From an uncultured Rhodospirillaceae bacterium (GTDB lineage Bacteria > Pseudomonadota > Alphaproteobacteria > GCA-2731375): a stretch of DNA of 53,825 nucleotides. The DNA lies in the NCBI GenBank assembly GCA_964507245.1, contig CAZDQC010000002.1, positions 2,285 through 56,109 on the forward strand, read 5' to 3'. Position numbers and translations under genes: made by a program. The first letter of the stretch is position 1; each line of letters begins with the position of its first letter. The notes below the pieces were generated by a model. It ran no database searches, had not been told where the DNA came from, and worked only from the letters and a program-made list of their open reading frames with translations. Positions 17,315 to 26,966 of the stretch are shown here, piece after piece.

Positions 17315-17539
17315 ATGGCGCAAACCGAGTTAGTTATCAATGATGAACCCACCAAGAGACGCGACGGTTGCATGCCGGTTCTAACCGCCGACGGGGAAAT
17401 TCGTACCCTGGAGGCCATGGAAGCAGACATGATCCGAACGGCGATCCAAAAATACCAGGGTCGGATGACCGAGGTTGCTCGCCGGCTGGGTATTGGCCGG
17501 TCAACCTTGTACCGCAAGGTCGGCAAGTTTGGCCTTTAG
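17315..17539 (+). CDS. Stand-alone Fis-type HTH protein resembling the C-terminus of alphaproteobacterial sigma54 activators (TacA-like)
   Basis: GEIRTLEAMEADMIRTAIQKYQGRMTEVARRLGIGRSTLYRK; no receiver or AAA+ domain upstream. Confidence 0.8.
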   Translation: MAQTELVINDEPTKRRDGCMPVLTADGEIRTLEAMEADMIRTAIQKYQGRMTEVARRLGIGRSTLYRKVGKFGL

Positions 17540-17648
17540 GTATCCTGGTATCTGATTTGAATTTTAGTTCCGAAATTTTTGCCTTATTTGTGCCGGCCTG
17601 TAGGGGTCTTCTTTATTTTGGAGGTAGGGCCTGACAACTGCCACGACC

Positions 17649-17734
17649 ATGCAGAAGCCAGTTTCATTGGCGGAAGTGTCTCTCGATGACAAATACGATT
17701 TGGAACGAGTCAGGTAGTTCTTACAGGCAACCAG
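17649..17734 (+). pseudogene. 5' relic of an indolepyruvate:ferredoxin oxidoreductase-family gene
   Basis: MQKPVSLAEVSLDDKYDLER, then after a one-base frameshift QVVLTGNQ. Matches the family N-terminus (vSLDDKY.LE.G.V.LTG.QA); the similarity then ends. Confidence 0.75.
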
Positions 17735-17810
17735 TACCAACCCACCGGGGCGGAATAATTATTCATCTAAACTTGGCCCATTAGGCTATTTCGTAGAGCG
17801 GGACTCGACG

Positions 17811-19244
17811 TTAAATCACCGGACGGTTGCGGATAGCCTCGTCCACCTTGCGTTTCAGGAATTTTCCGTCTTTGCGGTCGCCAAGAAATTCACCGTCCTG
17901 CATCATGATCTTGCCACGTAGCACGGTTAGGGTCGGCCAGACCTCAGCTTCATAGCCTTCCCAGGGAGTGTAATCAGTTTCGTGCAAACGGGCGGCGGTA
18001 ACAGTACGTTTTTCGCTTGGGTCTAGCACCGTGATATCGGCATCGCTCCCGGCAGCCAAAGCACCTTTCTTGGGATACATGCCCATGAGCTTGGCGGCAT
18101 TGCTGGAGACTAGGTCGGTAAATTTGTCCAGGGTATATCCGCGCTTTTTCACCGTCTCCGTATACATCACTGAAACTCTCGGCTCGCAGCCGGCATTGCC
18201 GCCCGTAGTATCATCGATTTGGGAACCTTGGGTCTTGGCTGACAGAGTGCAGCAAATTTCGTCTGTGGCTACGGTAGATATTGAACCTCGTAGCTGCCCC
18301 TCCCACAGAGCATCCTGATCTGAGGTTTCTTTCAGACTGGGGTAGGTATGGTAGATCTGACCATTCGGGCGTTTGTAATGTTCGTGTGTGAACATCAGAT
18401 ATTGGTGGAGTGTTTCGCCATAGATGGGGAAGCCTTTGGCTCGCGCTGCTTCAATCGCGGCAACGCCTGTGGCGGCACTAACGTGCATCATATAGAGCGG
18501 TGTGCCGTCCACATGTTCGGCCAGGCGAATAATACGGCGAAAAGAGAGGTCCTCGGACATTGTGTTGTGCACCTCAGCCAAGTTCTCGAAGCCCGTTCGT
18601 CCCTCCCGTTTCAGCACGTCGTACATATGCATGACGATCTCGTCATCTTCTGCATGGATGGCGCCAATGCCCCCTTCTTTTTTCAGGATTTTAAATATTT
18701 CCCAGATATGTCCATGGTTGATCTTACGCCCCCGCCGCGATGGCGTAATGTCGGTAGTGAAGATCTTGATGGAGGGATAGCCTTCCTGAATGACCTCGCC
18801 GATTTGGGGCAAAATTTCGGGTGGGATCGCCCCCTGCAACATGACGTGGTAGCCATAGTCGGTGTAACAATTCCCACTCCAATCCTGTTTTCGGATGTTG
18901 ATGACTTCTTCCAAGGTGCCACTTTGTTGCCAGTTGGCAAAATCCAGCAATGTGGTGGTGCCGCCGTGAATGGCGGCCTTGCTGACTACGTCCGGGCCGT
19001 CAGTCCAGCTCACTTCTCCGCCCTCCTCCAAAGGAGGGATGTGCCACAGGGAATGGATGTGTGGGTCGATGCCACCTGGGATGATGATCTTGCCCGAGGC
19101 GTCGATTACTTGACCCGCTTGGCTGTCGTCAAAAGCGCCAGGTGACGCGACAGCGGCGATGGTTTCGCCCGAAACGCAAATATCCCAAGCGCCTGTGCCT
19201 TGCGGGGTGACCACCTGGTCTCCACGAATAATCAAATCAAACAT
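17811..19244 (-). CDS. Cyclic amidohydrolase (dihydropyrimidinase/hydantoinase-like)
   Basis: FDLIIRG, PGGIDPHIH, GGTTT, SIKIF (carbamylated Lys position), IHAE, HVS, KKGALAAGSDAD. GGGGAGG RBS. Confidence 0.9.
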   Translation of the reverse strand: MFDLIIRGDQVVTPQGTGAWDICVSGETIAAVASPGAFDDSQAGQVIDASGKIIIPGGIDPHIHSLWHIPPLEEGGEVSWTDGPDVVSKAAIHGGTTTLLDFANWQQSGTLEEVINIRKQDWSGNCYTDYGYHVMLQGAIPPEILPQIGEVIQEGYPSIKIFTTDITPSRRGRKINHGHIWEIFKILKKEGGIGAIHAEDDEIVMHMYDVLKREGRTGFENLAEVHNTMSEDLSFRRIIRLAEHVDGTPLYMMHVSAATGVAAIEAARAKGFPIYGETLHQYLMFTHEHYKRPNGQIYHTYPSLKETSDQDALWEGQLRGSISTVATDEICCTLSAKTQGSQIDDTTGGNAGCEPRVSVMYTETVKKRGYTLDKFTDLVSSNAAKLMGMYPKKGALAAGSDADITVLDPSEKRTVTAARLHETDYTPWEGYEAEVWPTLTVLRGKIMMQDGEFLGDRKDGKFLKRKVDEAIRNRPVI

Positions 19245-19327
19245 TTCTATCCTCCCCAATTCCTATCTTAGAAAGTCTAGCAGCAAAATCATTCCCTGCT
19301 AACATAGCCCCGGGAGGAAAAAAATTC

Positions 19328-20923
19328 ATGAGCAGCCAGACATATGACTTCATCATCGTGGGGGCCGGTTCTGCTGGTTCAGTGCTGGCCAATCGACTTA
19401 GTGCTGATGCCAAGTGCCGGGTACTGCTGCTGGAGGCCGGTCGTACTGATCATCCTTGGACGCGTGTGCCGGTCGGTTTCGCGCGGTTGATCGACAATCC
19501 TAAGGCTAATTGGTTGTATCAGTCCGAGCCCGACGAGGGTTCTGGTCAGCGACACATCCCGGTGCCTCGTGGCAAATTACTGGGCGGTTCATCTGCTATC
19601 AATGGCATGGTCTTTGTCCGTGGACAGTCGCAAGATTTCGATACCTGGGCGCAATTGGGAAATAGAGGTTGGAGTTATCGTGACGTGCTGCCCTTTTTCC
19701 GCCAAATGGAAACCTACGCCGGTGGTGAGGATGAATTCCGGGGTCGAGAGGGGCCCTTGCAGGTCACTGATCTAAGTGAATCTGGGCCTTTGTATGACGC
19801 ACTTATTGCGGCCGCCAACGAAGTAGGTATTCCATACAATGTAGATTACAATGGCGCTGTACAAGATGGCATCTCGATGACCCAGGTGTCGATCCGCAAA
19901 GGCCGTCGAATGAGTACGGCTCGCTGTTACCTTGATCCTGTGAAGAGCCGGCCTAACCTGACAATTTTGACCGGCGCCCATACGGACGGCCTGATTATTG
20001 AAGACAAACAATGTAGGGGTGTTCGCTTCACCAAGGATGGTAGCCAGAAAGAGGCGCGCGTGGCGCGTGAGGTTATCGTCAGTGCTGGTGCCGTGAATTC
20101 ACCGCAAATCCTTGAACTTTCCGGCATTGGACAACCCGAATTGTTGAAACGACACGGGGTCGAGGTGTGTCACGCCCTCCTGGGCGTAGGCGAAAACCTG
20201 CGGGATCACTTCGCCCCGCGCATGAAGTATGAAATTATCGCATCAGGCCAAACCTATAATGACAAAATGCGCGGGATTGGAACGGTGTTCCAGGCTTTGC
20301 GTTACGCCATGACCGGCACGGGGCTATTGGGTCTGCCGGCGGCACCTTTGCGGGCGTATGTCTGCAGCCGGGATGGCTTGGCCTCACCAGACATCAATAT
20401 CAGCATTGTGCCATTTCTTGTAGCAGAAGGCTTCAAACTGGCGAAGGAATCCGGCATCACGGTGATTACCCATCCGCTACGTTCTGAATCCACCGGTTCA
20501 ATTCACATCGGAAGTCCCGATAGTAAGTCGCCACCGAAAATAAATTTTAACTTCCTGACGGCGGATTATGACCGGCAAATTACCCTGGCTGCAATGGGAA
20601 TCGTGCGCAAAATATTGGCAGCAGCGCCCATGGCACACATGCGTGGAGCAGAAATTGCCCCCGGACCGGCCTTGCAAGCGGACGATGAACTGCTGAATTG
20701 GGTCCGAGAGACGGCGGAAACTACCTATCACCCAATCGGCACCTGCAAGATGGGAACTGACGACAGGGCGGTAGTGGATGAAAAGCTGCGGGTTCGCGGC
20801 ATTCAAGGCCTGCGGGTGGCGGATGCTTCAATAATGCCCACGTTGACCTCAGGCAATACCAATGCGCCGTGCATCATGATTGGCGAAAAAGCCTCTGCTT
20901 TGGTGCTAGAAAATGCGGCCTAG
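19328..20923 (+). CDS. GMC family oxidoreductase (choline dehydrogenase-like)
   Basis: YDFIIVGAGSAG, PRGKLLGGSSAINGM, GVGENLRDH, YHPIGTCKMG, DASIMP...GNTNAP. Confidence 0.95.
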   Translation: MSSQTYDFIIVGAGSAGSVLANRLSADAKCRVLLLEAGRTDHPWTRVPVGFARLIDNPKANWLYQSEPDEGSGQRHIPVPRGKLLGGSSAINGMVFVRGQSQDFDTWAQLGNRGWSYRDVLPFFRQMETYAGGEDEFRGREGPLQVTDLSESGPLYDALIAAANEVGIPYNVDYNGAVQDGISMTQVSIRKGRRMSTARCYLDPVKSRPNLTILTGAHTDGLIIEDKQCRGVRFTKDGSQKEARVAREVIVSAGAVNSPQILELSGIGQPELLKRHGVEVCHALLGVGENLRDHFAPRMKYEIIASGQTYNDKMRGIGTVFQALRYAMTGTGLLGLPAAPLRAYVCSRDGLASPDINISIVPFLVAEGFKLAKESGITVITHPLRSESTGSIHIGSPDSKSPPKINFNFLTADYDRQITLAAMGIVRKILAAAPMAHMRGAEIAPGPALQADDELLNWVRETAETTYHPIGTCKMGTDDRAVVDEKLRVRGIQGLRVADASIMPTLTSGNTNAPCIMIGEKASALVLENAA

Positions 20924-20959
20924 GCATCGACAAATTTGATGACTAATCGGAGATAAACG

Positions 20960-21823
20960 ATGCGTATCGAGGCAATCAACGCAGATTTCGTCGGGAATGT
21001 GTCTGATGTAGAACTGAGTCAGACGCTGACCCGCGAAGAGGTGAGGCAGATTGAACGGGCAATCGCCCATTACGCGGTTCTGGTTTTTCGCGACCAGCCT
21101 TTGACCGACGATCAACATGCTGAATTCACCCGGCGCTTTGGGCTCATCGACAAGGGCTTGACAAAAGGTTCAAAGGGAAAACGCCGGCTAAAAAACCCGG
21201 ATGTGATTGACCTCGCAAATGTGGATGCAGAAGGTAACGTGCTGTCGGCGGAAAATATCCGCAATGTCAGCTTGATCGCCAACCAGTTTTGGCACAGCGA
21301 TAGCTCGTTCAAGGATCCGCCTGCGAAATTTTCCATTCTGTGCGGTATTGATTTGCCGGCTGAAGGCGGGCAGACGGAATTTGCGGACCAGCGAGCCGCC
21401 TATGATGCCTTGGACGATAACTTGAAGGCACGGATCGAAGATATGCTTGCTGAACACTTTGCCTTTCATTCCCGCGACATTTTGGGCGGCAGTCATCATT
21501 CGCAGGAGGAAATTGACGCCTTGCCGCCCGTGCATTGGCCGATGGTGCACACTGTCCCCGAATCCGGCCGTAGGTCGCTTTTTATTGGCATTCACACTCG
21601 CCAAATAGACGGGTTGCCAACGGCAGAAGCGCGCATGCTGTTACATGAACTGTTGGAACAGGCTACCCGGCGACAATTCGTCTACCGACACGAATGGCGA
21701 AACCACGACGTCTTAATGTGGGATAATCAATGTACTTTGCATAGAGGGCGTCCATATGATCTGAATAAACTACGTGAATTACGCCGCTGTACGACAGAGT
21801 TATCTGGTCGGCAAGTTGTCTGA
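20960..21823 (+). CDS. TauD/TfdA family Fe(II)/2-oxoglutarate dioxygenase, TfdA-like
   Basis: ANQFWHSDSSF (H-x-D), GGQTEFADQRAAYDAL, WDNQCTLHRG. Confidence 0.92.
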   Translation: MRIEAINADFVGNVSDVELSQTLTREEVRQIERAIAHYAVLVFRDQPLTDDQHAEFTRRFGLIDKGLTKGSKGKRRLKNPDVIDLANVDAEGNVLSAENIRNVSLIANQFWHSDSSFKDPPAKFSILCGIDLPAEGGQTEFADQRAAYDALDDNLKARIEDMLAEHFAFHSRDILGGSHHSQEEIDALPPVHWPMVHTVPESGRRSLFIGIHTRQIDGLPTAEARMLLHELLEQATRRQFVYRHEWRNHDVLMWDNQCTLHRGRPYDLNKLRELRRCTTELSGRQVV

Positions 21824-22066
21824 AGCATAATGCCAGTCAGGGCTTTCAACGCGGTTTCGAAAGACTTGTCACCCTTACCGAACGGCTTCTTTCAGCCGGC
21901 AAAGAAAATATCGTCGGCGGACTTGGCTTTGTTTTAAAGGAGTGCCGTTAATCGAAGGTGTAAGCCAGGATAGGTTGCTCGTGTTGATATATGTGATGGG
22001 GCCGGCAATTTTTTTTGGCTGCGCTTGCCAGTTGGAAATGATCGCACTAAGCGGGTGGTAGGGTAA

Positions 22067-23305
22067 CTAGGATCGATGGTCACCCTCTAAAGCCTTTGGC
22101 CGCAGCCAAGTAAAGGCGATCCGTGCGCCAAGCATTGCGATGGCGATATGACCAAATGCCAGGCCCCAGGCAAGATGCGACGGACCGCCGGCCGAATCCA
22201 ATATCCAACCCACTACTACCGGGCCGACAAAACCGCCGCCATATCCCAGCATGGAATGCACTGCCAGGGTTGCACCTCGGCGGTTGGGATAGGCACTGCC
22301 AGCCGCCCCGGCCGTCAAAGATGATGAATCGAGCCAAATGACCATGCCATAAAGCACCACCAGAAACGCGGCAGTCGGATAGTTGAAGCCACCCATAAAT
22401 CCCATTGCCAGGGCGCAAATCATCGAGCCGCCCATCGCCATGCGAATCAGGCGCTGCCGTCCCATCCGGATTGAAAGTTCATTACCGCCGATGCTTGCCC
22501 AGGCGCCGAATAGGGCCATGGCGGTAGTCATCACGGTTGGGCCGAAGAATGTAGTCTCTACATGGTCTCGCAACGCGACATAGGTCAGAAAGGCCACGGC
22601 CCAGCCGCGCATAGCCCCCATTTCCCATGTATGAATACAATAACCCAGGCTGTAGGCCATGGCGGAACGGTTTTTCAATACGGACCGAAAATCAAATAGC
22701 GACCAGCTCCAGGGCTCCCTGACCTCTTTTCGCGTTTGCTTAGGTGCGAAAAATGCGGCGATTAACCAAGCAGCAGCAGCACAAATTGCGGCTACGACGA
22801 ATGCGCCTTGCCAACCCCAAAATTGCGCTAAGACGCCGGCAATGACAAATGAAAGAGCACTGGAAACACCTAGACTGGCGGCATGACCCGTGACCGCGCG
22901 GGAGAGCATTTTGCCGTCAACGCGATCGGCCAGTAGTTTCAGGCCGGTCATATAGGTTCCCGCCCAACCTATGCCAGCGATTACGCGGGCAAGTGTGGCC
23001 GACCAAAAACCATCTGCTAGAAAGGCGAACATGAGGTGGCCCAGAACCGTACAGCCGACGCCAAAAAGATACACCTGGCGTGGGTCGATACGGTCTGTCA
23101 AGGTCACTAAAAATGGCACGGACAGCATGTAGGCAAGATAGAAGGTAGCGGTGATCCAACCCGCCTCGCTGTAGTCCAGGTTCCATCGGGGGATGAAGTC
23201 CGGTAGTAACGCTGGCCACGCATAGGCGCCTATCTGGGCGAGCACTTGTGCCGTGCAGATCAAGGCAACCAGACGCGCTGCGCCCGGCTTCACCTCTTCA
23301 TGCAT
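22067..23305 (-). CDS. MFS transporter
   Basis: About 12 TM segments, LTDRIDPR motif A-like loop, ARVIAGIG. Start placed at the ATG after GGGG. Confidence 0.9.
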   Translation of the reverse strand: MHEEVKPGAARLVALICTAQVLAQIGAYAWPALLPDFIPRWNLDYSEAGWITATFYLAYMLSVPFLVTLTDRIDPRQVYLFGVGCTVLGHLMFAFLADGFWSATLARVIAGIGWAGTYMTGLKLLADRVDGKMLSRAVTGHAASLGVSSALSFVIAGVLAQFWGWQGAFVVAAICAAAAWLIAAFFAPKQTRKEVREPWSWSLFDFRSVLKNRSAMAYSLGYCIHTWEMGAMRGWAVAFLTYVALRDHVETTFFGPTVMTTAMALFGAWASIGGNELSIRMGRQRLIRMAMGGSMICALAMGFMGGFNYPTAAFLVVLYGMVIWLDSSSLTAGAAGSAYPNRRGATLAVHSMLGYGGGFVGPVVVGWILDSAGGPSHLAWGLAFGHIAIAMLGARIAFTWLRPKALEGDHRS

Positions 23306-23380
23306 CCCCCGTTTCGTCAATGGCCATGCTCGTTTACAATAAGCTAGACTCGATACTTGCTCCCAATTATAGGACGTTTC

Positions 23381-24022
23381 ATGCGTTACCGTATTGTACC
23401 CGTAACCAAGTTTCGACAAAACTGCTCGCTGCTATGGTGTTCGGTTACCATGGAGGGTGTGATCGTTGATCCGGGGCCAGATTTTGACCCCATCGAGGCG
23501 GCCATCTCAGAGGAAGGCGTCGAGATAGTCAAGATTTTGGTGACCCACGGCCATGCTGACCATTCAGGCGGTGCAGAAGAGCTGTCAAAACGCCTGAGCG
23601 TGCCCATTGAGGGACCGCATAAGGGGGATGACTTCCTGATCGAAGCAATGGGTAAACAAGCCCAACGGACGGGTCTGCTGGCAAGACCTTTCGCGCCGGC
23701 CAGGTGGCTCCGGAACGGTGACGCCGTGTATTTTGGCCGGGTTCAACTATCGGTGATCCATTGCCCTGGGCACACCCCAGGTCATGTGGTTTTTCACCAC
23801 GCGTCCAGCAAACTGGCGATTGTGGGTGACGTATTGTTCCGGGGGTCCATCGGTCGGTGCGATGGTCCCAAGGGGGATCATATGGCGTTGGTCAACGCCA
23901 TACGAGGCAGACTGTGGCCATTAGGTGACGATACGGAATTCATCCCCGGCCATGGCGACATGTCCACATTCGCTTGGGAACGCGCCTCGAACGCCTATGT
24001 TTGTGATTTTGTTGAATATTAG
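23381..24022 (+). CDS. MBL-fold metallo-hydrolase (YcbL/GloC-like glyoxalase II family)
   Basis: VPVTKFRQNCSLLWC, THGHADH, CPGHTPGH, GDVLF.GSIGR.D, PGHG. Confidence 0.93.
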   Translation: MRYRIVPVTKFRQNCSLLWCSVTMEGVIVDPGPDFDPIEAAISEEGVEIVKILVTHGHADHSGGAEELSKRLSVPIEGPHKGDDFLIEAMGKQAQRTGLLARPFAPARWLRNGDAVYFGRVQLSVIHCPGHTPGHVVFHHASSKLAIVGDVLFRGSIGRCDGPKGDHMALVNAIRGRLWPLGDDTEFIPGHGDMSTFAWERASNAYVCDFVEY

Positions 24023-24203
24023 GTGGCGTAAACTGGTGATTTTCTGGTTTCAAGAATACAGCTGCCTGATAATGCTGCCGTGATCGGCCTGGTGTAGTTG
24101 CTATTGCTCTTAGATTTGCGGCGATATACTTGCGCGGTAGTGAATTTGTCACCTTAGCCGCTGGGAATGGCAAAATTGGTTTTGTATAGGAGACGCGAGA
24201 AAA

Positions 24204-24596
24204 ATGGCGACCATAGGGATCGAAGAAATTTTCCTCAAAGTGAAAAATATGGAAGCGGCGATTGATTTTTATCACGGAATTCTGGGCATTCCACTGGACA
24301 AGCAGGATGGAGAGCGGACCTATTTACAAATGGATCGCGGTCATTTGGTATTGCAAATTGAGCACCATACCGGACGTCACCAGGGTGGCGGACCGTTGCA
24401 TTTCGCACTGACCGTAACCGAAGAAGAATTTGATGAAATCATGGCTAAATTCAAGGGGGGATTTCATTTCACTCGTGGCCCATATGGCGAGCGCGGTAAG
24501 GGCAGGGCCTATTTTATGATGGATCCAGACGGCAATGAAAGCGAGATCAACACCCGGTATCTGTATGGCATTCCCCAGCGTTTTGACGTTGTTTGA
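24204..24596 (+). CDS. VOC (glyoxalase/bleomycin resistance) family protein
   Basis: VKNMEAAIDFYHGILG, HFAL, YFMMDPDGNESEI; AGGAG RBS. Confidence 0.88.
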   Translation: MATIGIEEIFLKVKNMEAAIDFYHGILGIPLDKQDGERTYLQMDRGHLVLQIEHHTGRHQGGGPLHFALTVTEEEFDEIMAKFKGGFHFTRGPYGERGKGRAYFMMDPDGNESEINTRYLYGIPQRFDVV

Positions 24597-24945
24597 TATA
24601 GGGTCGTGGGATAAATCTCCTTACACTTTTCTCGGACGAAGGTATCCGATTTAGAAACGATACGGTCAACAGGAATTGATCCATTTCGATCTTGTTGATA
24701 GTGACGACGAGATCTTTGAATTTGATGGTCCCAACGAACCAAATTCTGTAGACGAGGAGGTGCTCTTTGGATCTTGTCGTTTCGTCCTGTTAGCCGAGCT
24801 AATGCCACAACCGAATCTAGTGCTAATCCTAAAGACGTCAGTTCAATAAGCTCATTTACGTCACAATTCCGCCTTTGCAAGGCCATGTTTCAGAGCCAAT
24901 ATACCGTAGAGACGTCAATTGAATTGCTCTGGGGAGGAGCAGCCG

Positions 24946-25203
24946 ATGACCATCCATCGATTTTCGGCGAGGGCTGGGACCTATGACGGAGGGGTTCTAT
25001 TTCCGGTTGTTATGGCCGGCTTGCTGGGTTTATGGGCCCTATTCGCCGTAGTCATCGCTTGTGGACCGAAACTGGCAGCCTTGGAAGTCGAGAATTCGGC
25101 TACCAAGGCGTTTGTGTCTTGTGAGACCACCACGACCACGGTGCCGGGGCAACTGTTGCGTTGCATTGTCGAATTGGATTCGGGAATCGCCAGAGAAATA
25201 TGA
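24946..25203 (+). CDS. Hypothetical small membrane protein (85 aa)
   Basis: GGAGGAG 6 nt before the ATG; one hydrophobic helix (VLFPVVMAGLLGLWALFAVVIAC); no recognised family. Confidence 0.45.
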   Translation: MTIHRFSARAGTYDGGVLFPVVMAGLLGLWALFAVVIACGPKLAALEVENSATKAFVSCETTTTTVPGQLLRCIVELDSGIAREI

Positions 25204-25352
25204 ACGTGTCCTACCGGGCGTCTAGGAATGTTGGGGTCCGGCTGCATCGAGTCGATTCCCTGGGGCATCTGATGAAAGATATGATTATAACCGGCCGGTG
25301 ATTGCGTCTTGAGAAACGAAAGTTTGTTTAACCATTTTCGTGTTGTTCGTCA

Positions 25353-26966
25353 TCAAGTCGGCGGAATAGTCAAACGACCCTTGATGATCTTTCGCGTAGG
25401 CGTCATGGGCATTTCATCAACCAGAACAAGCCGTTCCGGCAATTTTGTCTTGGCGATGCCGTATCCAAGCAGGTATTCACATAATTCGCTCAGGGTAACA
25501 TCCGAATTCGCAGCAACAGCAAAGCAACAGGCTCGCTCTCCCAAAACCTCATCTTTCAAGGGGACGATGGCGGATTGAGTGATGTACGGGTGACTGTCAA
25601 GCAGATCCTCAATCTCACGGGGATTATATTTCACACCGCCGCGGTTAATGATGTCTTTGATGCGTCCGGTAATAGCGATATTGCCGTTTTCATCCTGGCT
25701 AGCTAGGTCGCCGCTGCGGAACCAGCCGTCCTCGGTAAAGGCTGCAGCATTGGCACTGGAATTGTCAAAATAGCCGGGGAACAGCATGGAGCCGCGAACC
25801 AGTAACTCTCCATCGTCGGCGATGCGGGCCTCTGCACCAGGTGCTGGACGGCCGGCGGTTGCAGCCACAATTTCGATTCCGTCGCTGGGGCGGCAGTATA
25901 ATCCGCCTTGGGTCTCTGTCATGCCCCAAAGCTGTGTGATGGTGCAACCTGGGAGTTTGTCCGAGACCGCTCGGGCCAAATCGGCCGGGACAGCGCTGCC
26001 AGAAAGAATTGCCAGCTTCAATGAACTGCAATCGTGCCGGTCAAACAGACCCATGCCCAGGCACGCTGCCATGTGAGCTGGCGCTGCCAAAAGGGCTGTT
26101 GCCCGTCCGGCTTCGATGGTCTCAGCGAGTTCTGGCGGAGTAAAATTTGGTAGTAATAGGTTGGCTGCGCCTAAACACATGGCCATGTGGAAGGAATAGA
26201 GACCAAATAGATGACCGAAAGGCGGTGCTGATATCAGTACATCGGCCGCACTCAATTGATGTTCTACAGTGCCTAGTCGGGCGTTACCTAACATGGTGTG
26301 GGAATTATGGGGCACTGCTTTGGGACTGGCAGTAGTTCCGGAAGTATAGAGCAGTAAGAACGGATCACTCGCTACAGGCCGGGTTAGGTTCATTTTTTTT
26401 GCGTTGGCTGTGCCGTTGGTTAGGGCACTGAATGAAACTGCACCTGGCACGTCTGCGCCGATGGCAATGACCGAATGCAAATTGGGTAGATCCAAACTAA
26501 GGGCGGTTTCGACAGCGGCAAATCCGGCGGCGTCTGTTAGACAAATGAGCGCTCGCGCTCGGCTGTGTCGCAACAGCGTCTCGAATTCCCTTTCTCTATG
26601 TGGCATGTAAAGTGTTGTCATCACAGCACCTAGGCGGGCGATAGCAAGATAGCTGATTAAATATTCTGCTACATTCGGCAACTGCACCCCAATGACGTCA
26701 CCCGGTCCTAGACTTAATTCGCTTAAGCTCCCGGCTAAGGTATCCACACGATCTGTCAACTGGGTATATGAAATTCTCAGGTCGCCTTGAATGATTGCTG
26801 GGGCGTCTGGGCGTTCGGCGGCATGATCGGCCAACCAGCTGACCAAGGTATCATCCGTCCACCAGCCTTGTTCGGCGTAATATTTGGCGCGATCAGGAGA
26901 GAATGTCATGGCGTCGCGCAGAGCCATTGCGTCTTCGTGATAATGAAACCGCTTTTCATGGGTCAC
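25353..26966 (-). CDS. AMP-binding acyl-CoA ligase (cyclohexanecarboxylate-CoA ligase-like)
   Basis: YTSGTTASPK, WGMTE, GWFRSGD, GRIKDIINRGG, PTRKI. AGGAGGAG before the GTG. Confidence 0.93.
   Translation of the reverse strand: MTHEKRFHYHEDAMALRDAMTFSPDRAKYYAEQGWWTDDTLVSWLADHAAERPDAPAIIQGDLRISYTQLTDRVDTLAGSLSELSLGPGDVIGVQLPNVAEYLISYLAIARLGAVMTTLYMPHREREFETLLRHSRARALICLTDAAGFAAVETALSLDLPNLHSVIAIGADVPGAVSFSALTNGTANAKKMNLTRPVASDPFLLLYTSGTTASPKAVPHNSHTMLGNARLGTVEHQLSAADVLISAPPFGHLFGLYSFHMAMCLGAANLLLPNFTPPELAETIEAGRATALLAAPAHMAACLGMGLFDRHDCSSLKLAILSGSAVPADLARAVSDKLPGCTITQLWGMTETQGGLYCRPSDGIEIVAATAGRPAPGAEARIADDGELLVRGSMLFPGYFDNSSANAAAFTEDGWFRSGDLASQDENGNIAITGRIKDIINRGGVKYNPREIEDLLDSHPYITQSAIVPLKDEVLGERACCFAVAANSDVTLSELCEYLLGYGIAKTKLPERLVLVDEMPMTPTRKIIKGRLTIPPT

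Noticed and set aside
21824-22066. Protein-like frames in the gap (minus strand KAKSADDIFFAG*KKPFGKGDKSFETALKALTG)
   Set aside because: No start or RBS, no recognisable family and no Cys-type motif around the TGA; possibly a relic but not supportable.
25201-25272. Second possible Sec readthrough (REI-TGA-TC...) after the small membrane ORF
   Set aside because: U-x-C is not a recognised motif, another TGA follows 23 codons later, and no family supports it.
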